Assembly (NCBI RefSeq): GCF_026210795.1
Contig: NC_089432.1
Location: forward strand, 4,526,001-4,590,000
Direction: 5' to 3'
Length of the DNA: 64,000 nucleotides
Source: Rhizophagus irregularis
Lineage: Eukaryota
In this document: positions 42,091 through 55,870 of the stretch, one piece after another
Layout: each line of letters begins with the position of its first letter
Numbering within the stretch: position 1 is the stretch's first letter
Position numbers and translations under genes: made by a program
The notes under the pieces: generated by a model
Told to the model about the DNA's origin: nothing
Databases searched by the model: none
The model's input: only the letters and a program-made list of their open reading frames with translations

Positions 42091-43573
42091 AAAATTATAA
42101 ATCTAAATGACATTTTTATATTAAATCAAAATTTGGGTAACCTATATCATACCTATCCTAATTAAGTAATTTACTAATAGCTTCGTGAAATAATTTTCCA
42201 TAAACTTCGTCCTTAAAAACAAGCTTTTTTTGAGATCTTTAATTTTAATAACAATAAATATATGTAATTTTGCATGAGAAAAAAGCTTTTGTAAGGTTAT
42301 CTTGATAGTTATTCAGATAGATTCTCTACAAAATACAAAAAAGCAGATTTTTAATAAAAAAATTTTTTATTTTGATTCAAGCTCCCTCAGCTAATAATAA
42401 ATATTTTATTGTTTATGACATAATTTTGCAAAGTGAACAACTTTTATTAAGGTAATAGAGCTGGTTATCTAAATAGATTTTTTGGTTATCATTGAGTTCA
42501 ACTAAAATTTCTCTAATTTTTATTAAAAGAACTAAAGATTTTTATTTACTTGTAGAAATCATATATATTTCGAGTAACACATTCGTTTTACACAAAAAAA
42601 ACTACCAATTTCTTGCAAGTTTTTAAAAATTAATTTTGTCCAATAATTTAGTATATATTAATAAAATGTTAAAGCTTACTTAAAACGTTTAAATAAGTAT
42701 TAATGTATTTTATTAAAATTTACTGCTTAAATAATATTTAGTGAATAGTAAAATTATTATGATTAACATATAAAAAAGTAAGTTTTTTTTTGCATTTTAC
42801 AAAAAATTTATCTGAATAATCACCATTATATCCTTAGAAAATCTTTTTCTTTGTGTAAAAATTACATATATTTTCGTTTTTTAGTTATACTTTTGTTTCT
42901 ACTTTTAAAAGGTTCTTCGAAAAAGGCGTGATTTTACTTAAAACGCAAAAGAATAAAATAATTATTAAGAAACCGACAAAATGTATAATGGTCTTATCAA
43001 ATTAGTATGGGCGTAGACGCGTAGTATATTAGATTATGATTACACAATTTCGTTTAAATATCATATGATATGCGACAACTGCGACATCTGAACATTTCAT
43101 GTGCCATAGTATTTTACGAGATGAAAAGAACATGAAATAGGAAAATTTAAACACCGAATAGGAAAAATTAAGAGGGTTAGAGATAAAAAGCTTTTAAATA
43201 TCAAACAGCAAGAGCAGAAATATATTTTACAAGGGATGAAAAAAAAAAATTTAATAATGGCGATTTTTCTACAATACTTAGAGACCTCGAAATTAGATGT
43301 TACGATGGTACGTGGACTCTAAAATAAAGACGAGAAAGGGATAGATTGCAATTAATCAAAGATATAGAACCGGTTAAATTGTAGCCAAAACAAGTAAAAT
43401 CATGCAAAGAAATGAAATCATTATGATCAGTATCATAAATATTGCCAAAAATATATGATAATTACATCTTTTCGTAATGAGAACTTATTGATAAAAGTGA
43501 TAAAAAAAGTTCAAGTTTGAAAAATCAAAGCAATACTAGTTCAAGAAAAAAGAAAAGAAAAGTGTTTTAATTG

Positions 43574-43901
43574 TATATGTTGTCGAAACTCGGCAATTTT
43601 GGAATAATTTCAGGATTTGACCTTCGGCCAATCATTCCAAAACGAAACTCTAGCCGAAAGTTGAAAGTTGGGCCGAAATTTTCCGGCCGGCATTATGCAT
43701 TTTGGCCCGCATTATAAATTTTGTGTAACATTTTTTCCGTGCTAAGCTTTTATCTGGTGTCACGTGATATATGATTTGGAAAATTGGGCCAGAATTATAA
43801 AATAGTTTCGGACATTGATCTCAAGTTTCTGCCAGAGTTTCGTTTCAGATTTTGGAACTTTCGGATTCAGCCATGTTTTCAGCAAGTTTTGGCTACATGT
43901 A
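43574..43901. mobile_element. Degenerate MITE
   Basis: Imperfect TIR tatatgttgtcgaaactc / aagttttggctacatgta; ccgaaa/tttcgg subrepeats; internal tcacgtga and gggccagaattat. Confidence 0.5.
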
Positions 43902-44457
43902 TAGTTTAGTAATATAAAATTCGATTCTCGTTTCAAAATTCAAGTCGTGGATCGAACAATGTTGCGGAATTAGATGATGAAATAGGAGACAACTAATTTT
44001 AATTCTTTCAAATAGTTTACAGGATCCAAATTAACGTATTCTCGTAAATGTAAAAGAGTAAAGTTAATGAAGGCATCAAAGAAGTTAGTGAGATAATATT
44101 ACAAATACAGAGGAAGATATTCAAATATCGATGAAAGACTTAAATACCGTAACCTAAAAATGGGGAGATAGGCAGCCTACCTACAATACCGAACGAGGAA
44201 GAAACAAGAAAATGATCGCAAGAATTAGAAGATACGTTTGCAAGATAATACGGAAAAATCAAAAAAAAAAGAAAATTATGGACAAGGGAGGTAGAAAATT
44301 TGAAAAAAGTCAAAAACATCATAAAATTAAGAAATCAAAAAGTGTTAGCTAAAATAGTCAATAGAAAATTTATGACAATCGCAGTGTACAATAAGGTACT
44401 TCAATTTAAATAGGGTGTCCTCATTTAGTTAATTTAGGTGCATCGGTGGAGAAACCT

Positions 44458-46106
44458 TATGGCAAGCCGTTCAAGTCAAAAGTCCGCCGCTATTGCAGCA
44501 GGTACCTGTTGCTTTCGTGGCAGGTACCTGCTAGATTTGCAGCAGGTACCTGCTGAATTTGCGGCAGGTATCTGCTGGATTTACGGCAGATACCTGCTAG
44601 AATTGCGGCAGGTACCTGCTAGATTTGCGGCAGGTACCTGCTGAATTAGCGGCAGGTACCTGCTGAACTTGCAGCAGGTACCTGACAGGTTACAAATATG
44701 GTATTTTATTTTTTCTGGGTCAAAAAGATTTTTTTAATTTCCATTTATAGTAATCTACCGAATTATTGGATCCAAGTTAGTTTATTTCTTTTTTCAGAAG
44801 TGATCTTCATCTCATAATTCGGCCCATTACTTTAAATTTTGCTAAAATTAATGATATATAAGGAATCTATATTAATTATAAATAAATTTTTGAAAAGATC
44901 GTTTAATTGACATTTTACAATAAGCTTAAAAATCAAACTATAAAAGTTATATTATTTATTTTTTATATACTATTATTTTTATTGAAGTTTTGCTTTATAT
45001 ATCATTATTAGTTGAATTTATAAGAGTTATGACAATGGGATTGATATAAAATGAGTCTTTGTCATATTCACACATCTGCTCATAATTGTTTTAGATTTCC
45101 TGCCCAAATTCAAAATAAAAATAAATAGTTTATTTATGATTTTTAGCAAATCAACAGACATTTCTATAAAAAAAATATACATATAATTAGCTATCAATAA
45201 AGTTAAATTTACTGGAGTTGCTTTTTTTTTAAAAAAAAATATTCCCTATATGTAAATTTTTGTTCATTAATTCTTTTAATAGTTTTGCAAAGATTTCATA
45301 ATTTAAAATTTTTTTTCTAAATGATCAGAGATTTCCAGCCATAATCCACATATAAGAAAGTTTTTGTGATATTGGTTTTAAAAGAATAATATTAATGATA
45401 GTGGCATCAATAAATTTAAACCAATATAGTTAAATTGGGTATATAAATAATAATATTCTGGTAGTGTATTTTGTTATACTAATCATTTAATCAAATTGTA
45501 AATTTTAAAATTATTTAAATTGATTTTTATATTGCTCATTTGAATTTAAAAATTTTATAATAATTTATTAGTATTAATTCTTTCATTTATAATTTTTTTA
45601 TACTTAAAAGTTGAGTTTCAAGTTATTTTTTACATTAAACCTTATTTTAAAAAATACTTTGAATTTACAATATAAATTAAAACTATTAAAGATTTTAGTA
45701 TTGATTATACGATTAATTCTAGCCAAATTTATAGTGATGGGCAGAATTATGAGATGAAAATCACTTCTGAAAAAAGAAATAAACTAACTTGGATCCAATA
45801 ATTCGGTAGATTACTATAAATGGAAATCAAAAAAATTTTTTTGACCCAGAAAAAATAAAATACCATATTTGTAACCTGTCAGGTACCTGCTGCAAGTTCA
45901 GCAGGTACCTGCCGCAAATCTAGCAGGTACCTGCCGCAAATCTATCAGGTACCTGCCGCAATTCTAGCAGGTATCTGCTGCAATTCTAGCAGGTACCTGC
46001 CGTGAATCCAGCAGATACCTGCTGCAAATTCAGCAGGTACCTGCCGCAAATCTAGCAGGTACCTGCCGCAATAGCAGCGGACTTTTGACTTGAACGGCTT
46101 GCCATA
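44458..46106. mobile_element. Foldback-type non-autonomous DNA transposon with ~400-bp TIRs
   Basis: Arms 44458-~44860 and ~45706-46106; termini tatggcaagccgttcaagtcaaaagtccgc; flanking direct repeat aaacct; about 9 tandem 22-bp units with gcaggtacctgc in each arm; no ORF inside. Confidence 0.9.
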
Positions 46107-47208
46107 AAACCTATACCATATAGCGTATAGTCATATAGAACATGTGGTTCGTCCAATTATATACTATATGTACTATGTAGGATTTGAGCTGTTTACGTGT
46201 GTCATGTCACAACGTCACAACGTCACATTCTTTGTATTAAATTTATTAAATTTTTCATTAATTTATACATGACACAGCTAATAAAAATTTAACTCAAATA
46301 TATAAAAAGATTTACTCTTTAACTCAAATGTTTTTATAATAGTATCACTAACTTCTTTTATAGTTATCTGATAATATTATCAGCCCTTTATATTAACTAT
46401 TGAAAGTAATTAAATACTAATTATTCAGATAATAAAATAAAATATACAAAATTATTTATATAGGAATTCAAAAAATTTTAAATTAGTATTTAAATTTTGT
46501 CTAGTGGGATTATGCAATGTATAACGGAAAATTGGTAATGGTTATGATATCTAAATAAGTATTAAAAAGATTTTTAAATTACTAGCCAGTTGAACATCTT
46601 ATTAATAAATAATATGCAACATCATGTTAATAACATCGTAATAAATTATATTAGCATGTTGAAAGTATCAATTGGCTAAAATCTTAATAATGCTAATAAT
46701 GTTTACATTATTAATATAGTAAAAAATTCTTTGAACACATGATTTCAATAAACAAAAAATTCTCATTTTGTTAATATTTATTTTGTAATTCAGTTATAAA
46801 AAGTATTTTTTTTTTACATAAAGTTTTAAATCTTTTTTTGCTTTAGATAAAAAAAGTATGCCTTAATACTACGATCTTATTTTTCATATATATGATTAGT
46901 ATTTCATTATTTCTTAAAGTACTAGTACTGAAGTGTTAATTATTCGGTCCATTTAATTTTCAAGAAAAAATAATAACTTCAAATCTTCATGAATTTCATA
47001 GTTCTAGAATGACATTTTAAATTAAAAGGAAAATTATACATGTAGTTAATTTAATAATAATAAAAATGCTTGCAGTGAAAAGCTTTATTTGATCTTTTAT
47101 TTATTATATAGTAGATTAATAGTATCTTATAAATTAAAAAATAATGTAGCAAATTTAATTGATTCACATTTCACAATTTAATTAATTTAATTAGAAATTA
47201 TTAATTTT

Positions 47209-48327
47209 TTAAAGCGATTTTATTTTATGTAGTGCATTTTGACATCCTTGGTTGGCAGATTTTTCATACCAATAAATTGCTTGGTCTATATCTTTTGTAA
47301 GTCCTTTTCCATATTCATACATAAGACCAAGATTATATTGTGCTATCATACTTCCTAAATTTGCTGATTTTTGATATAATTCAAATGCTTTTTGATGATC
47401 AATTTCAATTCCAGTACCATTTTCATAACAATATCCTAACATTGTTGTTGCACGAAGATATCCTTCTTCAGCTGATCGTTTAAACAGTTCAAAAGCTTTA
47501 TTATAGTCTTTCTCGACACCTTCTCCATTTAAATAACATTTACCTAAATTATGCATAGCCATTATATTTCCATTATTTGCAGCATTTTCATACCAATGAA
47601 TAGATTTTTTTAAATCTTTTTTAATACCTATTCCATTATAATATAAGTAACCAATTCTTAATTGACCATTTGCAAAATCTTTATTAGCCACTTTTTCATA
47701 ATATTCAAAAGCTAATTTTTCATTTTTTATAGTTCCATATCCATATTGATAACATTCACCAACATAAGTTTGTGCTAATATATGATCTTTTTCTGATGCA
47801 TTAGTAAACAAATTAAATGCTTTCTTATTATTTCTGATTATTTCAATTCCATAATAATTAAGATATCCAAGTAAAAAAATGGAATTTGAAACATTTTGAT
47901 TATTTGATAACCAGGTATAAATTTCTTGTGAATTAACATTATAACTATTAAAATATTCAATAACTCGCTCTTTTGCTACTTTTCCTTCAATTCCTTTATT
48001 TAATAATTTAAAAATTAAATCATTTACTTTATCAATTATTATATCAAAACCTTTTTCAAATGAAAGTTTTTCTCGTTCTTTTGATACTGTTATAGGATCA
48101 ATTTCTTTTATATTTATTTTGTCAAAATGTTGAAAAATTTGAGATAATTTTCCTTGTAATTCTGAATTGTTGGTACTTAAAGTTTCCTCATTAAGTTTTT
48201 TATTGCTTGAAAATTGGGCATTTTCTGCTATATCTGTTTTTGTAATTATAGTTTTTTCTTCATTCCAATTAATCCATTCATTCGTATTCGCATTTTCGGT
48301 GTCTTGCATTTTCTTATTATCAGACAT
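47209..48327 (-). CDS. C3: intronless kinase-less Sel1-like repeat protein (372 aa)
   Basis: EWINWNEE fused to KTIITKTDI; about 6 SLRs. Confidence 0.9.
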   Translation of the reverse strand: MSDNKKMQDTENANTNEWINWNEEKTIITKTDIAENAQFSSNKKLNEETLSTNNSELQGKLSQIFQHFDKINIKEIDPITVSKEREKLSFEKGFDIIIDKVNDLIFKLLNKGIEGKVAKERVIEYFNSYNVNSQEIYTWLSNNQNVSNSIFLLGYLNYYGIEIIRNNKKAFNLFTNASEKDHILAQTYVGECYQYGYGTIKNEKLAFEYYEKVANKDFANGQLRIGYLYYNGIGIKKDLKKSIHWYENAANNGNIMAMHNLGKCYLNGEGVEKDYNKAFELFKRSAEEGYLRATTMLGYCYENGTGIEIDHQKAFELYQKSANLGSMIAQYNLGLMYEYGKGLTKDIDQAIYWYEKSANQGCQNALHKIKSL

Positions 48328-49461
48328 ATAGTAATTTACAAGAAAGTTTTAAAAACAATACGATTGAACGTCAAAAGTTTATTTTTTTTTTGTAACGAAA
48401 ACAATCCCTTTTAAGTATTTTATGCAGATTGTCACACAGCGCCATCAGTATCACCAAACAAAAAACCGTCTATCATTAGCCGTAGTACCGCAGTAATATT
48501 GAACAAGTTAAAGGAAAGATTGCTCTTATAAAAGTTGTTTTATGAAAATATTATCTATTATTATATGGTTTGCAGTAATAATTTAACAACACAAACAACA
48601 CATGTGATTTTTATAATTCACTTAGAGCTGCTGCATCATAAGCATAACGCACAATTAATGTTATTATCCGAACCATCTTAACTAAACTTTTTATAGCTCT
48701 CATAAGCTTTATATTAAATTAATACTAGATCATAAACACGTAACTCCCATCTTTCTCTATAAATATATCAAAAAGTACAATATCTTAATAAACTAACATT
48801 ATATATAATAATTTTTATAATAGTAATTCGCATATTTAATAGTATCTGATATTATAAGCAAGCTATATTAAGCTTAATGTGCTAGTAATTATTAGCATAA
48901 CAAATATACAAATGGTGGACTTTAGGCATTATAATATTTGCAATAATTTTACTTACAATATTTCATATGTAATTAATACAATATAACTTGATTTCAAACA
49001 TTTGGTTGATTATAATTATTATGTTCTACAATATTAGTAATAATTGGTTTTAAAGATATTTGAAAAATTGAAATTTTTAATGACAATATAAATTATCATA
49101 TTTTTAAGTTAAAATTTATCACAGTACAAAATAAAACAATAAGGTATAAAAGCATTATTTTAAATCCATCTTTTACTTAGATAGCAAATAAAGATTACCA
49201 ACAAAATATTATACAAGGCTGTCTCAAATTAATAAGTATTAATTTGCAAACCTATATTTTAAATAGTGGTTACGCAATTTATCTTTTTGAAGTTCAATTA
49301 ATTTTTCAGAAAGAAAATAAGTAATTTTAAGTCCTCATGAATTTTATAACATTTTAAATTAATAGAAAATATCTATAGTGGAAGAATGATTGATAAATTT
49401 AATAAAATATTTATTTATTGTATTTTAGAGTACTATATTTACTATATTATAAATTAATAAA

Positions 49462-51775
49462 TTAGAATTTATTATAAATTATAGACATTTTTTGAAGTAT
49501 TTCTAATTTATTTTGTGCTATTTCATCTCCTTGTTCAGAAGATTTCTCATACCAATATATTGCTTTGTCTATATCTTTTGTAATTCCTATTCCATATTTA
49601 TACATTTAGCTATACTATATTGTGCAGTTTCATCTCCTAAGTTTGCTGATTTTTGATATAATTCAAATGCTTTTTGTTTATTAATATTAGTTCCAATTCC
49701 ATAACTATAGCAATACCCTAACATCGCTAATCCATCTAAATCTCCTTCTTCAGCTAATTGCTTATACAATTTAAAAGCTTCATTATAATCTTTTTCAACA
49801 CCTATTCCATTTTCATAACAAAGGCCAAGATTCCATATAGCAATTATATTTCCATTACTTGCAGCTTTTTCATACCAATAAAAGGCCTTTTTCAAATCTT
49901 TTTTTAATACCTATTCCATGCCCATAAAAATAACCAATTTCTGATTGTCCTCGTGAGAAATTTTTATTAGCCGATTTTTCAAAATATTCAAAAGCTAATT
50001 TTTCATTTTTTATAGTTCCACTAAAATAACAATACCCAGCAAAATATTGTGCAATTATATGATCTTGTTCTGATGCAATAATAAATAAATTAAACGCTCT
50101 CTCCCTATTTTTACTTGTTTCAATTCCCCTATAATAGAAATATCCAAGTAAAAAAATGGAATTTGAATTATTTTGATTATTTAATAACCAATTATAAATT
50201 TCTTGCAAATTAATATTGTGATTATTAAAATAATCAATAACTTGATCTTTTGCTAGCTTCCATCCAATTCCTTTATTATATAATTTAAAAATTAAATCAT
50301 TTATTTCATCAACTATACTATTAAAATTTATTTCACTTGAAAATTTCTCTTGCTTATCTGATTTTACTGTGGTATCAATTTCTTTAGTATTCATTTTATT
50401 AAAATTATTAATAAGTTGAGATAATTCTCCCTGTGATTCTGAATTATTAATACTTGAAGGGGCCTCTTTAAATTTTTGATTTTTTGATACTTGAGGATTT
50501 TCTATTATTATATCTGTTTTTGTAATGATTGCTTTTAACCAATCAACTACTTGAAATATAGTTGGACGATTATCTGGCTCACCATCCCAACATTCTGAAA
50601 AAAGAGAAATATAATTATGATTAATTAAAATATATTCAAATAAATTCGATTATGTAATTAAACTTAAAATTTTACTTACTAGTATAAATTTTTACATATT
50701 TATTGGGTGTATCAGGAACAGCTATTTCTCTATGACCTTGCGAAATGTCATAAATTAGACCAACATCATAATGTTCACCATCAGCATAAAAAGGAGGTTG
50801 TCCACTTGATAATTCCCATAATAATACTCCAATACTGTAAACATCACTTTTTTCATTTAATGAATACATTTGGTTATTATTATTTCTTCTCCTGCTAAAA
50901 CTTTTTGGATCAACATAAGGAACCATACCAAATAATTTTGATTGAAAATTGGACGATGCCCCGATTCTTTTTGATAACCCAAAATCTGCCAATTTGATCA
51001 CGTTTTGATGGACTAATATATTGCTAGAATGCTATTAAAAATGTATGTACAGTATTAAATAAGTAAATATAACACTACAAACAATATAAAATAATAATAA
51101 ATAGATCACCAAATCACGATGGACAACGCCCTCAACATGTAAGCATGACACAGCACTGGCTAACTGGTACGCCATAAGGTACTTATTATTCCAAGTTAAT
51201 TTACTAAAGTTATTCTTCAAATAATTTCGAAGACTACCACCGTCTGCATATTCCATTACTAGCATATAATTAATACCATTATCATGGTTTTCTGAAAATA
51301 AAAAAAAAGCCATTAAAAATGTTTTTATGAAAGGAACTTAATATATTATTTTTAAAATTTTTATAATACCTGATTCAAATTTTGTTATTCCATGACAACG
51401 TATAATATTATCATGAAAGTCAACTTCACGTTGAATTTTCAACTAAATAAATAAATTAAAATTTTGTAATAAATGTAATGGACCAATAAAACAGAATAAG
51501 AAAAAAAAATTTATCGTATATTTAATTACCTCACGAACAATTTCTTTCACAGTGATGTTGTCAAGATTAAAAAAAGATTTTAATGCTAATTGCTTTTCTA
51601 AATTTTTCCAATTTGCACGGTACACTTTTCCAAAACCTCCAGCACCAATTTTTAGAAAGTTACTAAATAGGTTGTATTCGTAAAATTTTAAGTGTTCTTT
51701 GACAATAGCTTCTTCAATCCAATTAATCCATTCATTCGTATTTTCGGAGGTTTGCATTTTCTCATTATCAGACAT
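49462..51775 (-). pseudogene. B4: kinase + SLR gene with intact kinase and frameshifted SLR region
   Basis: GAGGFGKV, HRDL|HSSN, DFG intact; +1 in T7 run 49899-49905 gives a stop at 49870; -1 at ~49607; paralogous stop position lost. Confidence 0.8.
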
Positions 51776-52631
51776 ATTGAATAATTTACAGAAAGTTTTG
51801 ATTGAACGCTAAGGTTGTAGAAATATTTCATTGAAATAACCCATTTTAAGTATTTCATGCAGAATATTGGCGCTCAGTGTTTTAGTATTACCAAACAAAA
51901 AAGTTGCTTATCAGTATCCGCAGTACCGCAGTAGTGAAATAAAATGTTTCAGCATTGGAGTATGATATAAAATATTATTTATATTTATCAGTTTTTATGA
52001 AAGTTTTATATTGAAGCGTTATCTGATACTTATTCGTTATGTGATTTGCAGTAAAATTATACAAAGTACAGTTTGTGAATTTTTTATAATCCCTTCTGAA
52101 TTACATAATTTACATATTTTGAATTAAATATATTGACGACGGTCTCAAATTAATAATAATCTTAAACGCCTCATTTTCTTAAAAGTAATATGACAAAGAA
52201 TTTATGTCATGATCACAAATATTCATTAAATAATATAGTAACGAAAATCATGTCATTATTTTACTTAGTCGCGAAAGATTGAATTTTTGCTGATGTGTTA
52301 CTAATTTTCAATGTCCAAGTGTAATTGCAGAATTCCAAGTAGAAAGTTTTGATCCGATTTTCAAAGAAAGTATTCCACATAGTACTTTGATCATCACTAA
52401 AATAACTATATTCAGGAATACTATTACAAGTCAAAAGATTCATTATTAGAATCATTCATTACTGGGTATAAATTTGTAATCACTCATATTGATAAATAAA
52501 AGTAGGAAATGTAGTGCAATCAGTATTCCAATAAACAAATTTGCTTATTTATCTTGTTAATAAAAAAAATTTTGAAATCGCTACTTAGAATTTTTATTGA
52601 TTAATATTTTGTTTTTAACAACAATGATACG

Positions 52632-53852
52632 TAGTGCTTCGATCCGGATGAAAACCGTCATCCGGATTACACAAAAAAAAATCCGGATTCTATCCGGATT
52701 GATCCGGATTAATATCCGGGTCAGATAATCCGGATGGAAACCGGAATCCGGATTGGATAAATTTTTTTTGACTGCGGACTAGTTGATGATCCATATAATA
52801 AACATCGAATAGCATTCCAACATATTTATTATCAAAAAATTTTAACAAATATTTTATGAAATTTGGATTAAATTAATATTAATATCAATTTAATTTTTAG
52901 AATTTATGGCTATACTTTGTAACTTTTACAACTTAATTAAACTTTATGTATTAATATTTAATAAAATACAGTATGTGGCTTTGTTAAATAAACACTATGG
53001 CTTTTATTTAATGAGAATCTGGGCTTTTTTTATGAACTTTATGGCTTTTATTTAATAAGGATCTAGGCTTTTTTAATAAATTTTAAGACTTTTATCTAAT
53101 AAAAATCCAGACTTTTTTAATAAACTCTGGGCTTTTTTAAATAAACTTTATGGCTTTTATTTAATAAGAATCTGGGCTTTTTTAATAAACTTTAAGGAGA
53201 AGAATAGTAAATAATTAATTTTTTTATTTTGTATTTTTTTTTCAAATACTCTAACAATTTAGCAAAATTTTTTATTTTTTAAAATTTTTTTTTATCTTCA
53301 TATTTGAATTGAAAAAGGTGTATTTTTTACATTTTTAAAGTTAATAAAATAAAGAACATTTAAATATATTTTACATTTAAAAAAAAACTATTTTACAGTT
53401 CTTTTCTAATTAGTCAGAACTGTTTTCGCGCAATAACTCGCTATCCAGTGATCATAAAAATATGATTAATGGATCATTAGAATCCACTCATAGAGAGCTT
53501 TCGAATGGTACCAAAATAACCTTTCTAGCATCAATAGATGGCGAGTTATTCATGTAAATATTTTAAAAATTATCTCATCATCTATCGAAGCTAGAAAGCT
53601 CAATTTAGTACCATTCGAAAGCTCTCGATGCGACGATTCCAATGAGCCATTAATCGTCTTTCTACGATTACTGGATGGCGATATATTGCGTGAATATAGT
53701 AAATATATATGAAAACTCATCCGGATTCCGGTTCAAACCGGATATTTTCCATCCGGATCAAAATCCGGGTCAAAATCCGGATATCCGGATAAAAAAAAAA
53801 TCCGGATTCATCCGGATTCATCCGGATGAGACAGAAACGGATCGAAGCACTA
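52632..53852. mobile_element. hAT-type non-autonomous element (1.2 kb)
   Basis: TIR tagtgcttcgatccg / cggatcgaagcacta, perfect 8-bp TSD atgatacg, atccggat subterminal repeats; empty site in the inverted paralogue at ~56990-57003. Confidence 0.92.
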
Positions 53853-54599
53853 ATGATACGGATTTGGATTTTGTACTTTAGATTTTTATAACGCTCTTTA
53901 ACTTTTACGATAAACTTTTTTAGCTATATATATTTGCATTAAAGTAAAAATATTAAGGAACCTGCTTGAAACTACAAATAATTTAGCGTATCAGTTGGCG
54001 TTACTAAATCTATACCTTCACACCCATACACCCACACATTCCACAATACCATGTTCACACATCTCCACCGTTACCTCTTTCTTCTTCACTCATATATTCT
54101 AAGAAAAAGTGAACATTAATGATTGCTAAACGTTGCTGCTTTATAGACACTTGGATGATTGGTACCTAAGAGCCAAATAACGAAGGTTAATCTTTCATAA
54201 AAAAATCAAGACGGAATTTTAGCCATATCTGTTCAATTAACTTGTGTTAATATATATGTTTTGCTCGGTGAAAAGAGCTATCCTAGTTCCTAGACTCATA
54301 GTAGGTCAACCACTTACATACCAAAAAATCCATACCTATAGTAGTACATCCATATTTTACACTTCCACACTACTTACCCTCGCTTTAAATTCTTGCAATA
54401 AATATAGCTTATATATAGATGTAATATAGGTGTAACATGTAAAATTTATAGGCTTTTGTCAGTTGCTATTTACGCATCTATGCAAGTTTTACTTCCGTAA
54501 AGTTAGTAAGAAAGAAGTTTAATAAACGTTATTGGCTGAGAGGGGAGGATATACCTTTAATATTAAATTGAGTAAGGTAGGTAAAAAATTGAGAATCAA

Positions 54600-55870
54600 T
54601 AAGAATTACGGTATTTAGTCTTTTTTGTTAAATATGAATAAGTTTAATACGCACATATTAAAAGCACGTCATGGCTTTTTCAGCCAATTAAATTTGCGAG
54701 AATTGACAAACACATGAATAATTTAAAGCTTCAAAGAAGAATAGTAGAAACAATAATATTTTTGAGGCCCATTTAATTATAAATTACTAGTACAATGGAC
54801 ATTAAATTGTATTATTAATATTAAGATTGATTTGAATTTATAGAAAAATTAATATAGTTGGCACTAGAATTTACGGCTATGAAAAAAATTATGATAAATT
54901 TAAACATCACAAATTAAAGGTGAATTAGTTAAAAATATAATATAAAGCTTAAAGCATGAAACAAAGAATTAACAAAAATCTGAAATTAGTACAAAACATT
55001 GTAATTAATAGAATAATATGTTATTAGATGAAATTACGATAAGATATAATCAAATCAAGGAGTTAGATGATAAACATGTTTCACGTGACAAAAAAAACTT
55101 ATGATGTACTTTGATTTTTAAGACATAGATTGGAAAGATACATTGGTATTTATCAAAAATGAGCGTTACTAACTTTATCTGGAATAAATATAGACATTTG
55201 AATCATGTTTGGTTTGTGGAGACAGAAGAAGAAATATAAATAGATACATTATTAGAATTAGTATCTTACGAAAAAGCAGTAGGACTCAGTAGAGTCAATC
55301 AAAAATTATCATAAACCTCTAGTGTCAAAAGGATGAATGGAAATTAAGAGCGATAAACGGAAGGCTTGGTGATTAGAGTATAATTAAATTATATGAAAAT
55401 AAAGAAAAAAAGTAATAAACATGATTATTTATAATTGTTTCAAAAATATAAAAACTCGAATTTAAATAAAAGATGCGAAAAGTAGAAAAAAAGGAAAGGA
55501 TTACCAGAAGGCAGGAAAAAGAACACGACCAAACAATTCAGTTTCAGATAAAGATCATGATGTAGAAGAAATAAAAATTAATTTAAAAAAAGAAATAAGA
55601 AGATTAATTAATAAAAAAGAAATTAAAATAAAAATAACTAATAGATAACACAATAGAAACGGTAGCAAAAGTAAATCATATGGATCTATAAAAAATAGTA
55701 TAAGTATAGCATAAAATATTTAGCAAAAGCATAGTGAATTTTGGTAGAGAGGATATACAGTATATAGTTAAAATATTATATATATTTCTTGAATTTATAA
55801 TTTATTATGGGTCAATATAATAAATTTAATAAAAAAATACGCGCTACCAAAAAAAGATCAAATAATTTTT
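54600..55870 (+). mobile_element. Decayed non-LTR retrotransposon 3' region (copy at ~37450-38400)
   Basis: Fragments DIDWKDTL, HVWF, LVSKG, NKRCEK in broken frames, ending in A-rich sequence. Confidence 0.4.

Noticed and set aside
44438..44644. 68-aa ORF (also 53675..53881)
   Set aside because: Translation of transposon terminal repeats.
44495..44690. Palindromic repeat array resembling CRISPR (mirrored at 45880-46075)
   Set aside because: The ~10-bp intervals are short and mutually similar, the array lies within transposon TIRs, no cas genes are present and the context is eukaryotic.
1367..51775. Short kinase ORFs as separate genes or fragments
   Set aside because: They are exons with GT-AG introns at the same four positions in all seven kinase-bearing genes; hydrophobic ORF tails are intron read-through.
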